From assembly GCF_018977255.1 (NCBI RefSeq), contig NW_024704742.1, positions 112,470,001 through 112,534,000 on the forward strand: a DNA stretch of 64,000 nt. Reading direction: 5' to 3'. The notes beneath the pieces were generated by a model, which was not told the origin of the DNA, ran no database searches, and saw only the letters and a list, made by a program, of their open reading frames with translations. The position numbers and the translations under genes are program-made. This document shows, piece after piece, positions 1 through 11,769 of this stretch (position 1 is the stretch's first letter; each line of letters starts with the position of its first letter). This stretch comes from Callorhinchus milii (lineage: Eukaryota).

Positions 1-611
1 GTTATAATCAACAATCTTTATACAATAACAGAACTGGGGAATAATATAATTTCTTCAGAATGTGTTTCACCTGCATGGTAATAGTCAGAATACTACCCAT
101 GTCCCTTAAAATCTCAGCATTCAATTTGTAATTCATCAAGAATAGTTGTTGAGAATTTATATATCTTGAATTTAAATGTTTTTATCAACCATGGAACTAG
201 GAAAAGTCCAGAATTCTGTTACCCAGTCTGTAACTAACCATTAAGTTAGTTAACTTGACTGATAACATTAAGACTAGATTGTAGCATTCAGCAAACTTTA
301 TCTGACAGTCAAACTTTGATAATACAGCACTCACTATCAAATGCAGATTGAATCAATCTAGTCTACTGAATGTGGCATAACATTTCCTTTGTGGCATAGC
401 ATTTCCTTTGCTTTTATTTGTATCATGGTTTAAGGGCAAATCATAAAATTGGGTCTCCAGCTGATAAAATATAGAGCTTCCTTTTTCTGATTTTTTAAAA
501 ATAATGTAAAGTTTTTTATGAACTTTGTTTTAGAGTCAGTGGGGTCTGGCATGCCCACTATATTTATTATCTTTAGCAAGTTTTTTTTTATCAGACTTTT
601 AACTCACTATT

Positions 612-952
612 CCTGGCTCAGTCCGTAGAACTCCCACCTCTGGGTCAGAATGATGTGGTTTCAAGCCCAATATCAGGAATTGATCTCATAGTCCAAAACT
701 CAGTCCAAACTCAGTCATACTCCATATTAGTACCGATAGAGGGCTGTATTATCAGAGGTGCTGTCCTTCGGATGATATATTAAGGTTCTGCCTGCCTGTT
801 CTTCAGGTGAATCTCATGGCACAATTCAAAAAGATAAGGAAGATTTCTAGCCAGATGTCATGGGCTGCTGGGTTTTCCTGCAAAACCAGTGACTGCAATT
901 GACATTAATTATTGTGGACTGCTTTGAAATGTTATAGGTGCTATAAAAAAGT
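612..952 (+). mobile_element. Old Deu-domain tRNA-derived SINE (SacSINE1-like), degenerate
   Basis: Head cctggctcagtccgtagaactcccacctctgggtcagaa..gtttcaagccc, body agaggtgctgtccttcggatga, remnant tail ggtgctataaaa. Aligns by eye with the copies at 5229-5641 and 35582-35765. Confidence 0.75.
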
Positions 953-989
953 TCATTCCACTCTCTCTGTCCTTCTCTAACAATCTCTA

Positions 990-1356
990 ACTTCTAACTC
1001 CTCTGCTCCTCCCTACCTTTGCAACCTACTAAAATGTTACCAAGCTACCTGCTCCTGTGGGCACTAGCCTGCTTTATGTCCCCCCCAACCCCTGCCTGCC
1101 TCACCATTGGCGGTCAAGCCTTCAGTCTTCCTGCCCCTATCCTCTGGAACTCCATCCCGGAGTCCTTCCACCTCACCCCCTCCATTGCCTCCTATGAGGC
1201 CCGTCTCAAGACCTTCCTCTTTGATCATGCTTCCAGTTATCCTCCCTTCTTCACTCCCCTGTCCCTCCATCTCTCTTGATTCTAACCCTTGACTGTCTAG
1301 CACCTTGGGACATACTCCCGACATGAGGGCACTATATAAATGCAATTTGTTGTTGT
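990..1356 (+). mobile_element. L2-clade LINE 3' fragment
   Basis: Translates IGGQAFSLPAPILWNSIP...LKTFLF (L2 ORF2 C-terminus). 3' end cttgggacatactcccgacatgagggcactatataaatgcaatt followed by (ttg)n. Confidence 0.9.
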
Positions 1357-1559
1357 TTCTTTTTTATATTCTATCAAAGCTTTGTATTTCCAACAAATTA
1401 GTTTAATTTTCTATCTAATTTTGTGTCTTCTTGATAATTTCCAGATTGCAGCCAGGGAAGGTCAGGAGAGTACTCCAATGCAATACACTCCTCCCATTTG
1501 ACACTCTAGTAGTCTTTCAACATCTATCTCCTTTTGAAACACTTCAGTTTGCTTGTGTA

Positions 1560-1815
1560 GATATGAACTTTTGTGAAGGTATATTCCACATTCTTACAGT
1601 CTTTAGTGTGAAGAATGGTTTTCTCTTTTCAGTTTTAACTGATAAGTTTTAATTATAACATCATGTCTTCTTGTTGTTGATTTCTCTAAGATAGGGAAGG
1701 ATCATTCCCTCTCTACACTGTTACTTCCTTTTGACATTAAGTATCTCAATAAGATTACTTCTTAATCTCCTTAATCAAGGGAACTAAAATTTACCAAGCA
1801 GCTTATCATAACTTT
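1560..1815 (-). mobile_element. CR1-clade LINE 3' fragment, old
   Basis: attccacattcttacagtctttagtgtgaagaa...ccctctctacactg...aagtatctcaataaga resembles the reverse complement of the CR1 ORF2 end (FFT.RV...WN motif). Confidence 0.55.
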
Positions 1816-2019
1816 GTTAAATATTGCTTAAAATGTTTTTGATTTTTTGATTATTTCACAAATGGTGGTACTTTTATGTACTAGATATATGACCATTTTA
1901 TAAGTATGACTTTAAGTCAAATTATCCACATACTGGTAGGCAAGTCAATGACTCAATTTTAAGATCATTACTAGACGGTAAAAGGAGAGACTAGAATAAT
2001 TGTTTCTTCATGGGTTATA

Positions 2020-2145
2020 ATGAAAATTTACATTTCTATAGCGCCTTTCACATCTGGGGGATGTCCGAAAGTTTTAACAGTACTGGCTGTGTCCCTGAGC
2101 TGGATGTGGGAGTCGAAGGGCGAAGAGGGAAACGAGGGAAAAGTA
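2020..2145 (-). mobile_element. L2 3' tail fragment
   Basis: ttacatttctatagcgcctttcacatctgggggatgtcc is the reverse complement of the L2 3' stem-loop. Confidence 0.7.
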
Positions 2146-2189
2146 TGATCAAAGCATACAATGCCCTGAAGAAACATAGCAGAAGCTAC

Positions 2190-2345
2190 AACACCGTGCC
2201 ATCTAAAAGGGAATTAGTGAATTCTTTGCAAAGAAAACATTGAAAGATGTGAGGAAAGTTGCAGGGTGTGGGCTAAATGGATTGCTCTTTCAGAGAGATA
2301 GCACAGGCACTGTAGATTAAATTCTCCCGCTATGTTGTAAATAAT
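2190..2345 (+). mobile_element. CR1-clade LINE 3' UTR fragment
   Basis: aaaagggaattag...gattgctctttcagagagatagcacaggcac is typical of shark CR1 3' ends. Confidence 0.55.
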
Positions 2346-2350
2346 ACAAG

Positions 2351-2393
2351 TAAATGGGAATCATAGAATCCACAGTTCTATGATTCCCATTTA
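2351..2393. repeat. Perfect 18-bp inverted repeat with a 7-nt loop
   Basis: taaatgggaatcatagaa-tccacag-ttctatgattcccattta. Confidence 0.95.
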
Positions 2394-3109
2394 TGCCACT
2401 TATGGGACAATGTTAAACTGATATAATCTGAAAATTGTAGAGAGACAATTTCCTTTTGCTTGTTTCACTCTTCCCCAAATTTCCCTGTTGAATCTCTATT
2501 GAAAGTCAATCTAAGTACTGTGAAGGAAATGTTATGGAGTATATATAATTTGAATGTAGTCTAAACATTTAGATTAATTAAATAAAATGGAACGGTGAAT
2601 TTATCCACGTTAAAGCTAGGAAGTGGAGGAATTGTAATGTTATGGGTATTTATGATTTAGAAAGCAGGACCAAACTTCAGCTAAAGATCTTGAAATCATT
2701 CTCAATGAGCCTATTTTACATGACACAGAAGGAGCCTTTTATGGATCAGTGTAACAGTAACATTGAGTTAACCTGATGAATTGCTGAAAACATAATTCTG
2801 CATTCTCAAAGAAGCACTGTGCTGGCAAAGCTTTTCTCATTTATTTATAGACACCAAACACAATGACATCAGATTAAAATGCATAATTTTCTATCACTTT
2901 CCCATGATATCATTGTAGCAAAAGTAAAGTGTGACATTTTCCCATCTCCTGAACAATAAAACTTCGGCCAAACTTAGTTTCATGAAGACCGGATTTAATT
3001 TCCCCTATTCCAAAGAAAGTCATGGTGAGGTACATGTTCCACTGATTCTAATCCAAATGATCATTTTTTATACATTTAGTGATTATTGGCAGGATATCTG
3101 ACTCCTAAT

Positions 3110-3332
3110 GGGATCATAGTTCAGTCTTGCTCACACAATCTTGACACATCTACTTTTCTCCACAGATGTCACTGGATAGCATTCAACAGTGGAAACCCTG
3201 ATTCATTCTTCCTGAGTTGCTGAGGTCAAATTACATTGTCCTGGTGCTGTTCTGATTAAAATCAAGTAACTTGTCTTAGACTGAGGTTGAATATGGAGTC
3301 TTTGAGTCTGTGTGGCTTAGTATTGCACTAAA
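3110..3332 (-). mobile_element. Unclassified old interspersed repeat (SINE-like)
   Basis: cagtcttgc..cac..aat...cac...ggaaaccctg...ctgtgtggcttagta, with related segments by eye at about 17260-17470 and 41790-41880. Confidence 0.45.
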
Positions 3333-3343
3333 CAATGCATTTG

Positions 3344-3412
3344 TGGAGTCCTGTAGCTCAGTGGTTAGAGCACTCACCTTTGCAAGTGAGACATCTGGGT
3401 TCAATTCCTGGC
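3344..3412 (+). mobile_element. Isolated tRNA-like head of the young SINE family
   Basis: tggagtcctgtagctcagtggttagagc (A box)...ggttcaattcc (B box), same layout as the head at 47285. Body absent. Confidence 0.8.
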
Positions 3413-3746
3413 GTCAACTATAGTTTGTGCTCGAGAATTCCACATTCCAACTGCCCTCTCTTTAAAAAATTATTTTCTAGGTTCCACTTTAATTTTTCTG
3501 TGATCATCTTAAATGCGTGTTCTCTCATAACTAGCTCATTGACCAGCAGAAATGATTTATAAATATGTATCCTATCATAGCACCCACCCTTCATAGCTTT
3601 AGATAATAATATTCCTTGCATTTGATATAGATGCCTCCATTGGTTACTCCCTTAATTTTCTTAGCCCTAGTGAAAAAAATCTCTTCTCAAGTCTCGCTTC
3701 GTATCTGAAACCTCTCATTCCTGCTAACAACCTAGTAAATCTACAC

Positions 3747-4068
3747 TGGAATCCTGTAGCTCAGTGGTTAGAGCACTCGCTTTGCAAGTGAGAGACCTGA
3801 GTTCAATTCCAGGCAGGTCAGGGCGAAACCTTGGGCAAGTTTCCTTACTCCACACAGAGCCTAATAATAATCCCTCCAAAAAAAACAATAATAAATTGGT
3901 CATTTTCAATCCACGACTGTTTATGGGACGCTGCTGTGCGCAATTGACTGCCGCGTTCGCCCACAAATATACAGTCAATTCACTTTACAGTATATTCTGT
4001 GAAGCGCTTTGAGACGTCTAGAAGACGTGAAAAGCGCTATATCAAATGCAAGGATTATTATTATTATT
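3747..4068 (+). mobile_element. Young tRNA-derived SINE, short subfamily A, full length
   Basis: tRNA head with A/B boxes, ccttgggcaagtt CORE-like start, Deu-like gctgtgcgcaattgactgccgcg, L2-type stem-loop and (tta)n tail. Confidence 0.95.
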
Positions 4069-4166
4069 GTTCTTTACCAATTGAGCAATCAATAATCTAA
4101 GGTATCCCTTTAAGACATTTTTGTAAAATCTTCACAGGCTAATTTACTAATGGAGACACTTTATTG

Positions 4167-4323
4167 GTGTCAGCCTAATTCAGTTGGTAGCAATCTCACC
4201 CCCGAGACAGGTCAGAAGGTGGTGGGTTCAAGCTCCAGTTCAGAATTTTGAGCTCATAGTCTGGGCTGTCATTCCAATGCGGTGCTGGGGAAGCATTATA
4301 TCAAATGTAAGGATTATTATTAT
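4167..4323 (+). mobile_element. Old Deu-SINE, internally deleted
   Basis: gtgtcagcctaattcagttggtagc...tcagaaggtggtgggttcaag head joined to a tatatcaaatgtaaggattatt tail. Confidence 0.7.
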
Positions 4324-5228
4324 CTTTAAGGTGTAAAATAATGATATTATTATTAATTACTGAAAATGATGCATGGCTTTTCTCCCCATCTCCTGAACAA
4401 TAGAATGTTCCAAAAACAATTCAATGAAGGTAGTCATGTTACCCTTCCCCCCCGCCTCCCCCACTAGAAGGTAGTGTAATATTTTGTGATCTTCATTATT
4501 ATCGAATGAAGTTGCATTATCTTCAAGGTGTAAAATTAATAATTGCTGAATCAGATTTCTCTATTGCAATCATATTAGCATCAGTTAAAACCCTGACTTG
4601 TTAAGTGATGGTGAATCATATTGTTAGGCTACTCTAATGCGATCTCCTTGAGGCAATATGGGATCTGACTGCATGTGTGTCCTTCTGTCACAACATAATG
4701 ACTGAATGCTCCACAAGAAAGAAATATACAAAAGGTAGATCTCTGAAAAATTCACTGACAGATAAATAGAAAATATAGGAGCACTAAGTAATCATTCTTC
4801 ACATTTTACAGAAGCAGATTCATTTTTGTCAGGCAAGTCAGTTTCCTTTTATGTCAGTAAACATCTCTTTTTATATAATATATGTGATTCTGTCAATAAT
4901 TTCACTACAAAATATTATCTATGGTATAATTAGCAAATATATCATTATGATTTCTGTACTGAAAATACTTTACCGGAAGAAAATCATTTCTCTAATACTT
5001 CAACAATTCAATTTGTTTGACAATTTTCAAAATACCTAAGTTTTCTGTAGTCCATTGAAAGCACTTCTGGTATACATGAATTGGTAAAATAATGTACACA
5101 TGAAATTTGACTTATTCCAAGGATATTTCCTTTGCAATTTGAAATGTTACCTGGAATGTACTTTGTACACTGAACATTTTTGTTAAAAAAAATCTTCCTG
5201 GTGAAGATTAGACACTCACGTTTTAAGG

Positions 5229-5641
5229 TAATAATAATCCTTGCATTTAATGTAGTGTTTTTCACTTAGGAGGATGTCTCAAAGCACTGAACAGGATTTT
5301 CTGTGGTAATACCTATGCATTTTGTAGGCACACATAACAGCCAATTTGTGTACAGCAATGTCCTACAAAAAAACATGAAGTGAACAATCAATTTTATCTG
5401 TGTCCAGGACACAGGGAGAATCTCCCTTTTCTTGTTGAATAGTGCCCAGGGATCTTTAATGTCTACCTGAACATGCAGATGGACCTCAGTTTAACATCTC
5501 ACCTGAAGGGTGCCACCTCCAAAAATGCAGTGCTTCCTTCAGCACTGCACTGGAGGATCAGCTGAGACTGTTTCAATATGGGACTTGAATACACAACCTT
5601 CTAACTCAGTATTGAGTGTTACCAACTGAGCCAGGCTGACA
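5229..5641 (-). mobile_element. Old Deu-SINE (SacSINE1-like), near full length
   Basis: Reverse-complement tail aataatccttgcattt, Deu-like cagccaatttgtgtacagcaa, head caactgagccaggctgaca. Confidence 0.85.
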
Positions 5642-5992
5642 AGTAGGTACCCTTTCTTCTCCACCTTTCCTAATACACGTACAATTCATATTTGAGGATT
5701 AGAGTGAGCAGCCTGTTCCTGAATCGCAGTCAATACTGTTATGAACTGGCTGCTTGGCCAGATATGAAAGAACAGTGCCATGATGATGATTCCTCATATT
5801 TTCTCTCTTTTCCTTTGGGGAAGCACCTGGCCTCCACTCAGTTCTTCCTACTTTGTCCAGTGTTGTTTTTCCTCCCTGGTGACCTGCACTGAAGAATGTT
5901 GTTTGAAACTCTCCAAAGAGCATTCATTGCAAAATGCAGAGCAGTTATGCATTTTGATTTTAACTTTTTAAACATTTTATTTATATATTATG

Positions 5993-6365
5993 CTGTCAGT
6001 TTGACTCAGTCATTTACAATCTTGCCTCTGGATTAAAGGTTGTAGTTTATACGCCTCATGTTGGATCTTGAGCTTCTAGTCGAGGTTGACACTTCAGTGC
6101 TTGGGGAGTGCTGCATTGTTTGAACCTTATCCTTTGAATACAGTGTTAAAGTACTGTCTGCCTATTCAGGTAGCTGTTACATGGCACTATTTGAAAAGAG
6201 AAAGGAGTTTCACCTGGTGTCTTGGCCTACACTTCTCCAGATAAATTGATCATTCGCTTTATCAAATGCAAGGATTATTATTATTATTATTAATGACTGC
6301 TTGTGCAGTCATCACTGTACACCAAATGGCTGCCACATTTGCCTCCAAGTAGGCATTGACTACAT
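5993..6365 (+). mobile_element. Old Deu-SINE, degenerate
   Basis: ctgtcagtttgactcagt...ggagtgctgcattgtt...atggcactatttgaa...aaatggctgccacattt. Confidence 0.75.
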
Positions 6366-6479
6366 TTGACAGGAACTTGTAATAGGCATTGCAGCAAATG
6401 CAGAGTATTGTTTGGGGATTCAAATTTATGGTTTCATCAACACAATTCTTTTAATAATCTAATTCTTTAACACATGTAC

Positions 6480-7360
6480 TTCATGGATGAGACAGAACTT
6501 GCCAAGGGGAAAGCTGAAAGAGATTTAGGGATGGTAGTGACTCATCGCTCACTATATTAAAACAGTGTGAGGCAGGAATAAACCAGGCAAACAGCAGGCT
6601 GGGCTGCATTGGTAAATCAGTTAAATTCAGATCTCCAGACGTCATACTCAAGCTATGTTGTGCTCTGGTCAGGCCGCACCTAGAGTAATGCATACTTGGT
6701 CACCGTGACATCAGTGAGCTACCCAGGCCCTAGAGGCAGTGCAGATGAGAGCAACAAGGATGATCCCCAATGTTAGACAAATGAATGATGAGTAACAATT
6801 GGACAACAACAACAAATTACATTTATATAGCTCCTTTCACATCAGGGAGGATGTCCTAAGGTGCTGGACAGTCGAGGGTTTGTAACCAAACTGGAGAGTG
6901 GATTGTTGAGGGTGGGGGTCACGGTAGTAGTTGGGAAGATAACCCAAGGTACAGTCAAAAAGTAAGGTCTTGAGATGGACATTGAAAGAGGTGAGGACAG
7001 GGGCGAGACAAAGAGATTTGGGATTGAACTCTAGATAAAATTCTAGACCACCGATGGTCGGGCAAGGCAGGGGTGTGAAGCAGGCCAGTACCTGACAAGT
7101 GGAGACCAGTGAGTGTTCTTCAGTCTTGAGAGAAGATATCTCAGGGGGACCGTGTAGAGCTGTATCAAAATGTAAATAGGATTGAAAAAATAAAACAAGA
7201 TCTTGATGTTAGAATGCACCAAGACAGTAGAATGAGAGGACATGGTTTTACAATTGTCAAGAGCAATTTCAGGACAGATACCAAGAAGTTTTTTTTTTAC
7301 CCAGTGGGTTATTAATGGCCAGAACAGGTTGCTAGGAAGATTGGTTTAGGCTAGGACACC
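6480..7360 (+). mobile_element. CR1 RT 3' fragment interrupted by an L2 insertion
   Basis: 6480-6803 encodes RDLG.V..., KQANSRLG.I and L..ALVRPHLE (CR1 RT). CR1 resumes at about 7240 (ggacatggtttacaattg...ttttttacccagtgggtt). Confidence 0.8.
6804..7235 (-). mobile_element. L2 3' fragment nested in CR1
   Basis: Reverse-complement L2 tail (caa)n ttacatttatatagctcctttcacatc..ggaggatgtcc, followed by a purine-rich L2 body. Confidence 0.8.
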
Positions 7361-7841
7361 TTACTTCCATGCCTATGTAGCACAATAATTAATCATCGTT
7401 GTGGTTCAGCCAATTTTGAATAGTACAGTGGTTCCTATGCAGAAATAAAAGAAGTTTTTGCAACAACAATGGTACCAAAGGAGATCTCAGTGTCATGATA
7501 GGAAAGAACAATAGGAATTCCAAATACTATAATAGCAGTTAAAGTATTAATTGACAATGATGAATTTCATGTCATTGCGAATATCACCCTCATTTTGTGC
7601 AGAAAGATTTTAATTTTCACCTCTTCACAGCACACAGAACAAAAGACAGAAATTATCACTAATGGTAAATAATAATAGTAGATGATCCATCAATATATTC
7701 CAGCCATATAATGAACGTTTCAAACTCACTGCATCCGTAGAGAACATAATCGTTCTTCACAGTCATAATATCTGACATGTAATAGTACCTTAATTGAATT
7801 AGTGATATAAACAACTAATAGGATTTTTTTCTGGTTAGACC

Positions 7842-8118
7842 AATAATAATAATCCTTGCATTTGATATAGCGCTTTTCACGTCGGGAGGACATCCCAAAG
7901 CGCTTTACAGAACACACTGTAAAGTGAATTGACTGTATATTTGTGGGCGAACGCGGCAGCCAATTGCGCACAGCAATGTCCCACAAACAGTCGTAGATTG
8001 AAAATGACCAATTTATTATTTATTTATTTTTTTGGAGGGATTATTATTAGGCGTGTGGAGTAAGGAAACTTGCCCAAGGTTTCGCCCTGACCTGCCTGGA
8101 ATTGAACTCAGGTCTCTC
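7842..8118 (-). mobile_element. Young SINE subfamily A, head partly truncated
   Basis: Near-identical to the reverse complement of 47285-47602. Stops within the tRNA head. Confidence 0.95.
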
Positions 8119-8339
8119 AATGAAATAAACCAGATAAAGACATGATAAAAAAGTTCAATAGAATTGTCTCCATGTCTTCATATTCTGCACTGGAAAGAGA
8201 TCTAGGGGGTATTACTGAAAACAAAATAAAATAATTAAAATAATAATAATAGTTGCATTTGATATAGTGCTTTATCAAGTCATGATAAAAAATATTGGGT
8301 TCAACACACAACCTTAACAATAAAATAATAATATTTTTT

Positions 8340-8690
8340 CCTTTTGATATCGTGGCTTTTCCAGTCCCAAAGGGCTTCATAGGATGTATTTCAAAGTGTA
8401 GCAACTGTATTGTGCAGTCATACACATCACTAATTTGTATGCAGCAATGTTCCACAAACAGTCATGAAGTGAATGATCAATTTTATCTGGAGATTTTTTG
8501 GGTGGGATAACGGGATAAACTCACTTCTCTTTTCAAGTAGCGCTATGTGATCTTTAATTTCCACCTCAGCAGGCAGATAGGATCTCGGTTCAATGCCTCA
8601 TGCAAAAGTCAGCACCTCCAATGATGCAACACTCCTCATAACTATTCCAGCAACAAGAGTACTATCCAAGTGAGCCAGGTTGGCACCTCC
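8340..8690 (-). mobile_element. Old Deu-SINE, degenerate
   Basis: cagcaatgttccacaaacagtc...gatctttaat..ccacct...gcagataggatctcggtt...gagccaggttggcac. Confidence 0.7.
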
Positions 8691-8974
8691 TTAACCAATC
8701 CATGCAATACAAATTACAATTCTGGCCTAGGTGAATTGGGTATGTTTCTTATATAACAAAAGTTAATTTAAGCCTTTCAAACTAAATTAGTGTTGTGAAA
8801 CAAGTGCAATTCATTTTATATTATATTTATGTATCAAATAAACATGAAATACACAGTATAAGTCTTGTAATACCATTTGCTTCATGGCATGAATGCCTGA
8901 TAAATGCAGTTTAATACAGATAATTGCAAGGTGTAACATATAGGAAATAAGAAAAGGAAACAGAAATACTCTGT

Positions 8975-9470
8975 GGATGGAATAGAACTGGTCAAGGGGG
9001 AACCTGAAAGAGGTCTGGGGGTGTTGGTTGACTCACTATGTCAAAACAGTGTGAGACAGCAATAAACAAGGCAAACAGGATGCTGAGCTATATTGCTAAA
9101 TCAGTTCAGTTTCGATTCCCAGACATCATACTCAGGCTGTTTGGTGCTCTTGTCAGGCTACACCCAGAGTACTGAATACAGTTCTGATACCGTGATATAA
9201 GGGAGCTTACCCAGACCCCCTGGAAGGCAGTGTAGATTAGATTTTATTGAAGTACATGTGATCCTAAATAGATAAACTAATAATATCTTTAACATAATCA
9301 CAAACTCTACAAGGGGGCACAAACTCAAGTTCAGAAGGAAGGTGAACAAACAGTTTAGATTCAACTATGTTGGGCATGTAGAGGTCAATATATGGAATGG
9401 ACTACCCAGAGAAGGAGTGGAGGCAGATTGTTTCAACAATTCAAGAGAGAAATTAGATAGCTATTTGGCT
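8975..9470 (+). mobile_element. CR1 RT 3' fragment
   Basis: gaaagaggtctgggggtgttggttgac, gcaataaacaaggcaaacaggatgctg, acaagggggcacaa, tggaatggactaccc. Paralogous to 6480-6800. Confidence 0.8.
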
Positions 9471-11131
9471 GATAAAATCTATCCTTTTACTTTATTACCA
9501 GCCAGATCCCAGACCACAATGATTCTTTCTAGTCCTGCACATTCTTATCTGCCTAAGCGATAACCTTAGTCTTTGTAGGAAAATAATATCTCAATTGGGC
9601 TCCAAGGAAATCTCAGCAATGTACAGTAGTCATGATGATGATGTTAATTTCACATAATAGTTTCTCAGAATTAGAAATCACAACTGTTTGTAAGACAAAG
9701 ACTTGCAGGAAAGAATCCACACTGTGGTTCACAGGTTCACATTGTTCACTGTTAGTTCTTCCCAAATGAAGATTTGATTTTTTTTTCATAAATATGTTTT
9801 GTGTAATGAGATACATTTCTTGTTTTTGAAATTTTGATGAAAAATGCATTTCAGAAGGTCATTCTCTGTCACTAAGCTGACATTCTCACACTAAGTGTGA
9901 GGTGCCCACAGTTGCATTGCTGGAGGCAATGCAGATGTCTGCTGTCACAGTCATTCACTCAACCAGAATTCAGAATGAAATCCTGGAAGGGCATTAATAC
10001 ATACATGTATATTCCTTTCCCAACAGATTGGTTAGAAAGGTAAAATTAATTCATAAAATATCTAAATGGAAAAACACCTGACAAAATCAATCAATGAATT
10101 AAAATGGAAATTCTTTTGATTTCATTGTGTTCCTCAATGATCAAAAATGTAGTATTTTGAATTTAATTCAATTTGTTTCTTTTTTGGAGTAACAATTACC
10201 TGGTGATAAAAATTAAAGCAAGTCCTTAACATCCTTATTGGATTGTTCATTTAAAGCAAACTCAGGAGTTAATTCTCTTCTATTCATTCCAGGTACTAAA
10301 TTCTTCAATCCATCTTTCTGATCTGATACATTTGATTTGTTTGTCTTTGAGCTTTCAAATGTAACAATTTTAAATGTACCATTTAATTCTAAATGTTGAT
10401 ATTTTTATGAGGACAGATTTGCTAAATCTACAAAACAGAATGGAACTTAACACACATCAACAAATATGTCATTTGGAGCATGATGTACAGAATAACAATC
10501 AATCCTGTCGATTGACTCCACAAATGTTATTAGCTCCTCAGAACTTCTTTCTATCATCTCATTTGTCCCCACATCAACTTACCTCATCAGTCCTACATCG
10601 CCCACCTTTACCTCATTCCCACACTACTCACTTGTGTGCTTCGTCATTGAGGGTGAATATATTTGATGTATTGATTTATTTGATTTAAACTGGCAATGGA
10701 GGTTGGTGCACCAATAACAATTTCCATTTTGCAAATTAAATTGTAGGATTCTCTACAAAGTTGATAACATTTTTGGAAAAAATCTGATCCCAAAAGCTTA
10801 CAGAGACTGTTTGCCATGATTTTAGTTTCCAATTTTTTGATGCTGCCTTTTGGAGGTTTACTCAACTGAGAAATGGTCCAAAAGCAAAAGATCATCCACA
10901 ATTACAAACCCATTTTACATGATTTCATGCACATGCAATTGCAAAATACAATTGTCTTTAGCAATATTTAGGTTTAAATAAGACAGAAACCATTCAAGTA
11001 GAAGTCGCCACATAACCAAATACACATGTGAACAAACAGATGAAACGTCTATTCATCTAGCAAAATGCTAATTTGTTCATAAACATATAAAATTCAAAAC
11101 CTATAAATGAACAATTATGTAATACTAATAG

Positions 11132-11273
11132 AATAATAATCCTTGCACTTGATATAGCGCTTTTCACATCTTCTAGATGTCTCAAAGCGTTTCACAGAAT
11201 AGACTGTAAAGTGAATTGACTGTATATTTGTGGGCAAAATGTGGCAGCCAATTGCGCACAGCAGTGTCCTACA
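11132..11273 (-). mobile_element. Young SINE 3' half
   Basis: aataataatccttgcacttgatatagcgc...ggcagccaattgcgcacagc. Confidence 0.9.
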
Positions 11274-11421
11274 GTACCCTTAAACCTTGGATTCTTCCCC
11301 TCCCCTACAATGTTAATAAAAGAAAGTACAAGTACATACGAAGCTATGCATGTTTAACTGAATCAGTTATTTACTATAGAAGGTGCTCATTGCCTGTTCA
11401 CTCAGTTTGTATTACTATGTA

Positions 11422-11769
11422 GTGGAGACCTGTAGCTCAGTGGTTAGAGCGCTCACCTCACAAGTGAGACACCCGGATTCGATTCCCGGCAGGGCGAAAC
11501 GTTGGGCAAGTTTCTTTACTCCACATGCCTCTGTTTACTTAGCAGTAAATAGGAACCCAGTCATTAGCGGGGTAATAATTGCTTCAAAAGAAAAAAAAGT
11601 CACTCAATTCACCACTGTTTGTGGGACACTGCTGAGCGCAATTGGCTGCCGCGTTTCACCCACAAAATATACAGTCAATTCACTTTACAGTGTATTCTGT
11701 GAAGTGCTTTGAGATGTCTCGAAGACACGATAAGGCGCTATATCAAATGCAAGGATTATTATTATTATT
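11422..11769 (+). mobile_element. tRNA-derived SINE, long subfamily B, full length
   Basis: tRNA head, full CORE-like block ttgggcaagtttctttactccacatgcctctgtttacttagcagtaaatagg, Deu-like block, tail atgtctcgaagacacgataaggcgc and (tta)n. Confidence 0.95.

Noticed and set aside
372..410. Short tandem duplications (also about 19494, 37098, 39468 and 63498)
   Set aside because: These are ordinary slippage duplications with no repeat-spacer structure, so they are not CRISPR-like.
3344..3412. Possible tRNA-Ala(TGC) gene, and similar heads at 3747, 11422, 24290, 27560 and 47285
   Set aside because: These are SINE heads. There is no proper acceptor stem and the other copies continue into the SINE body.
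3724..4012. Recurring ORFs such as MTVYLWAN... and ...[15 protein letters not shown]...
   Set aside because: They are chance translations of SINE copies and not a gene family.
4600..4670. C/D-box snoRNA candidate
   Set aside because: The C box is imperfect (gtgatgg), there is no terminal stem and no recognisable rRNA guide.
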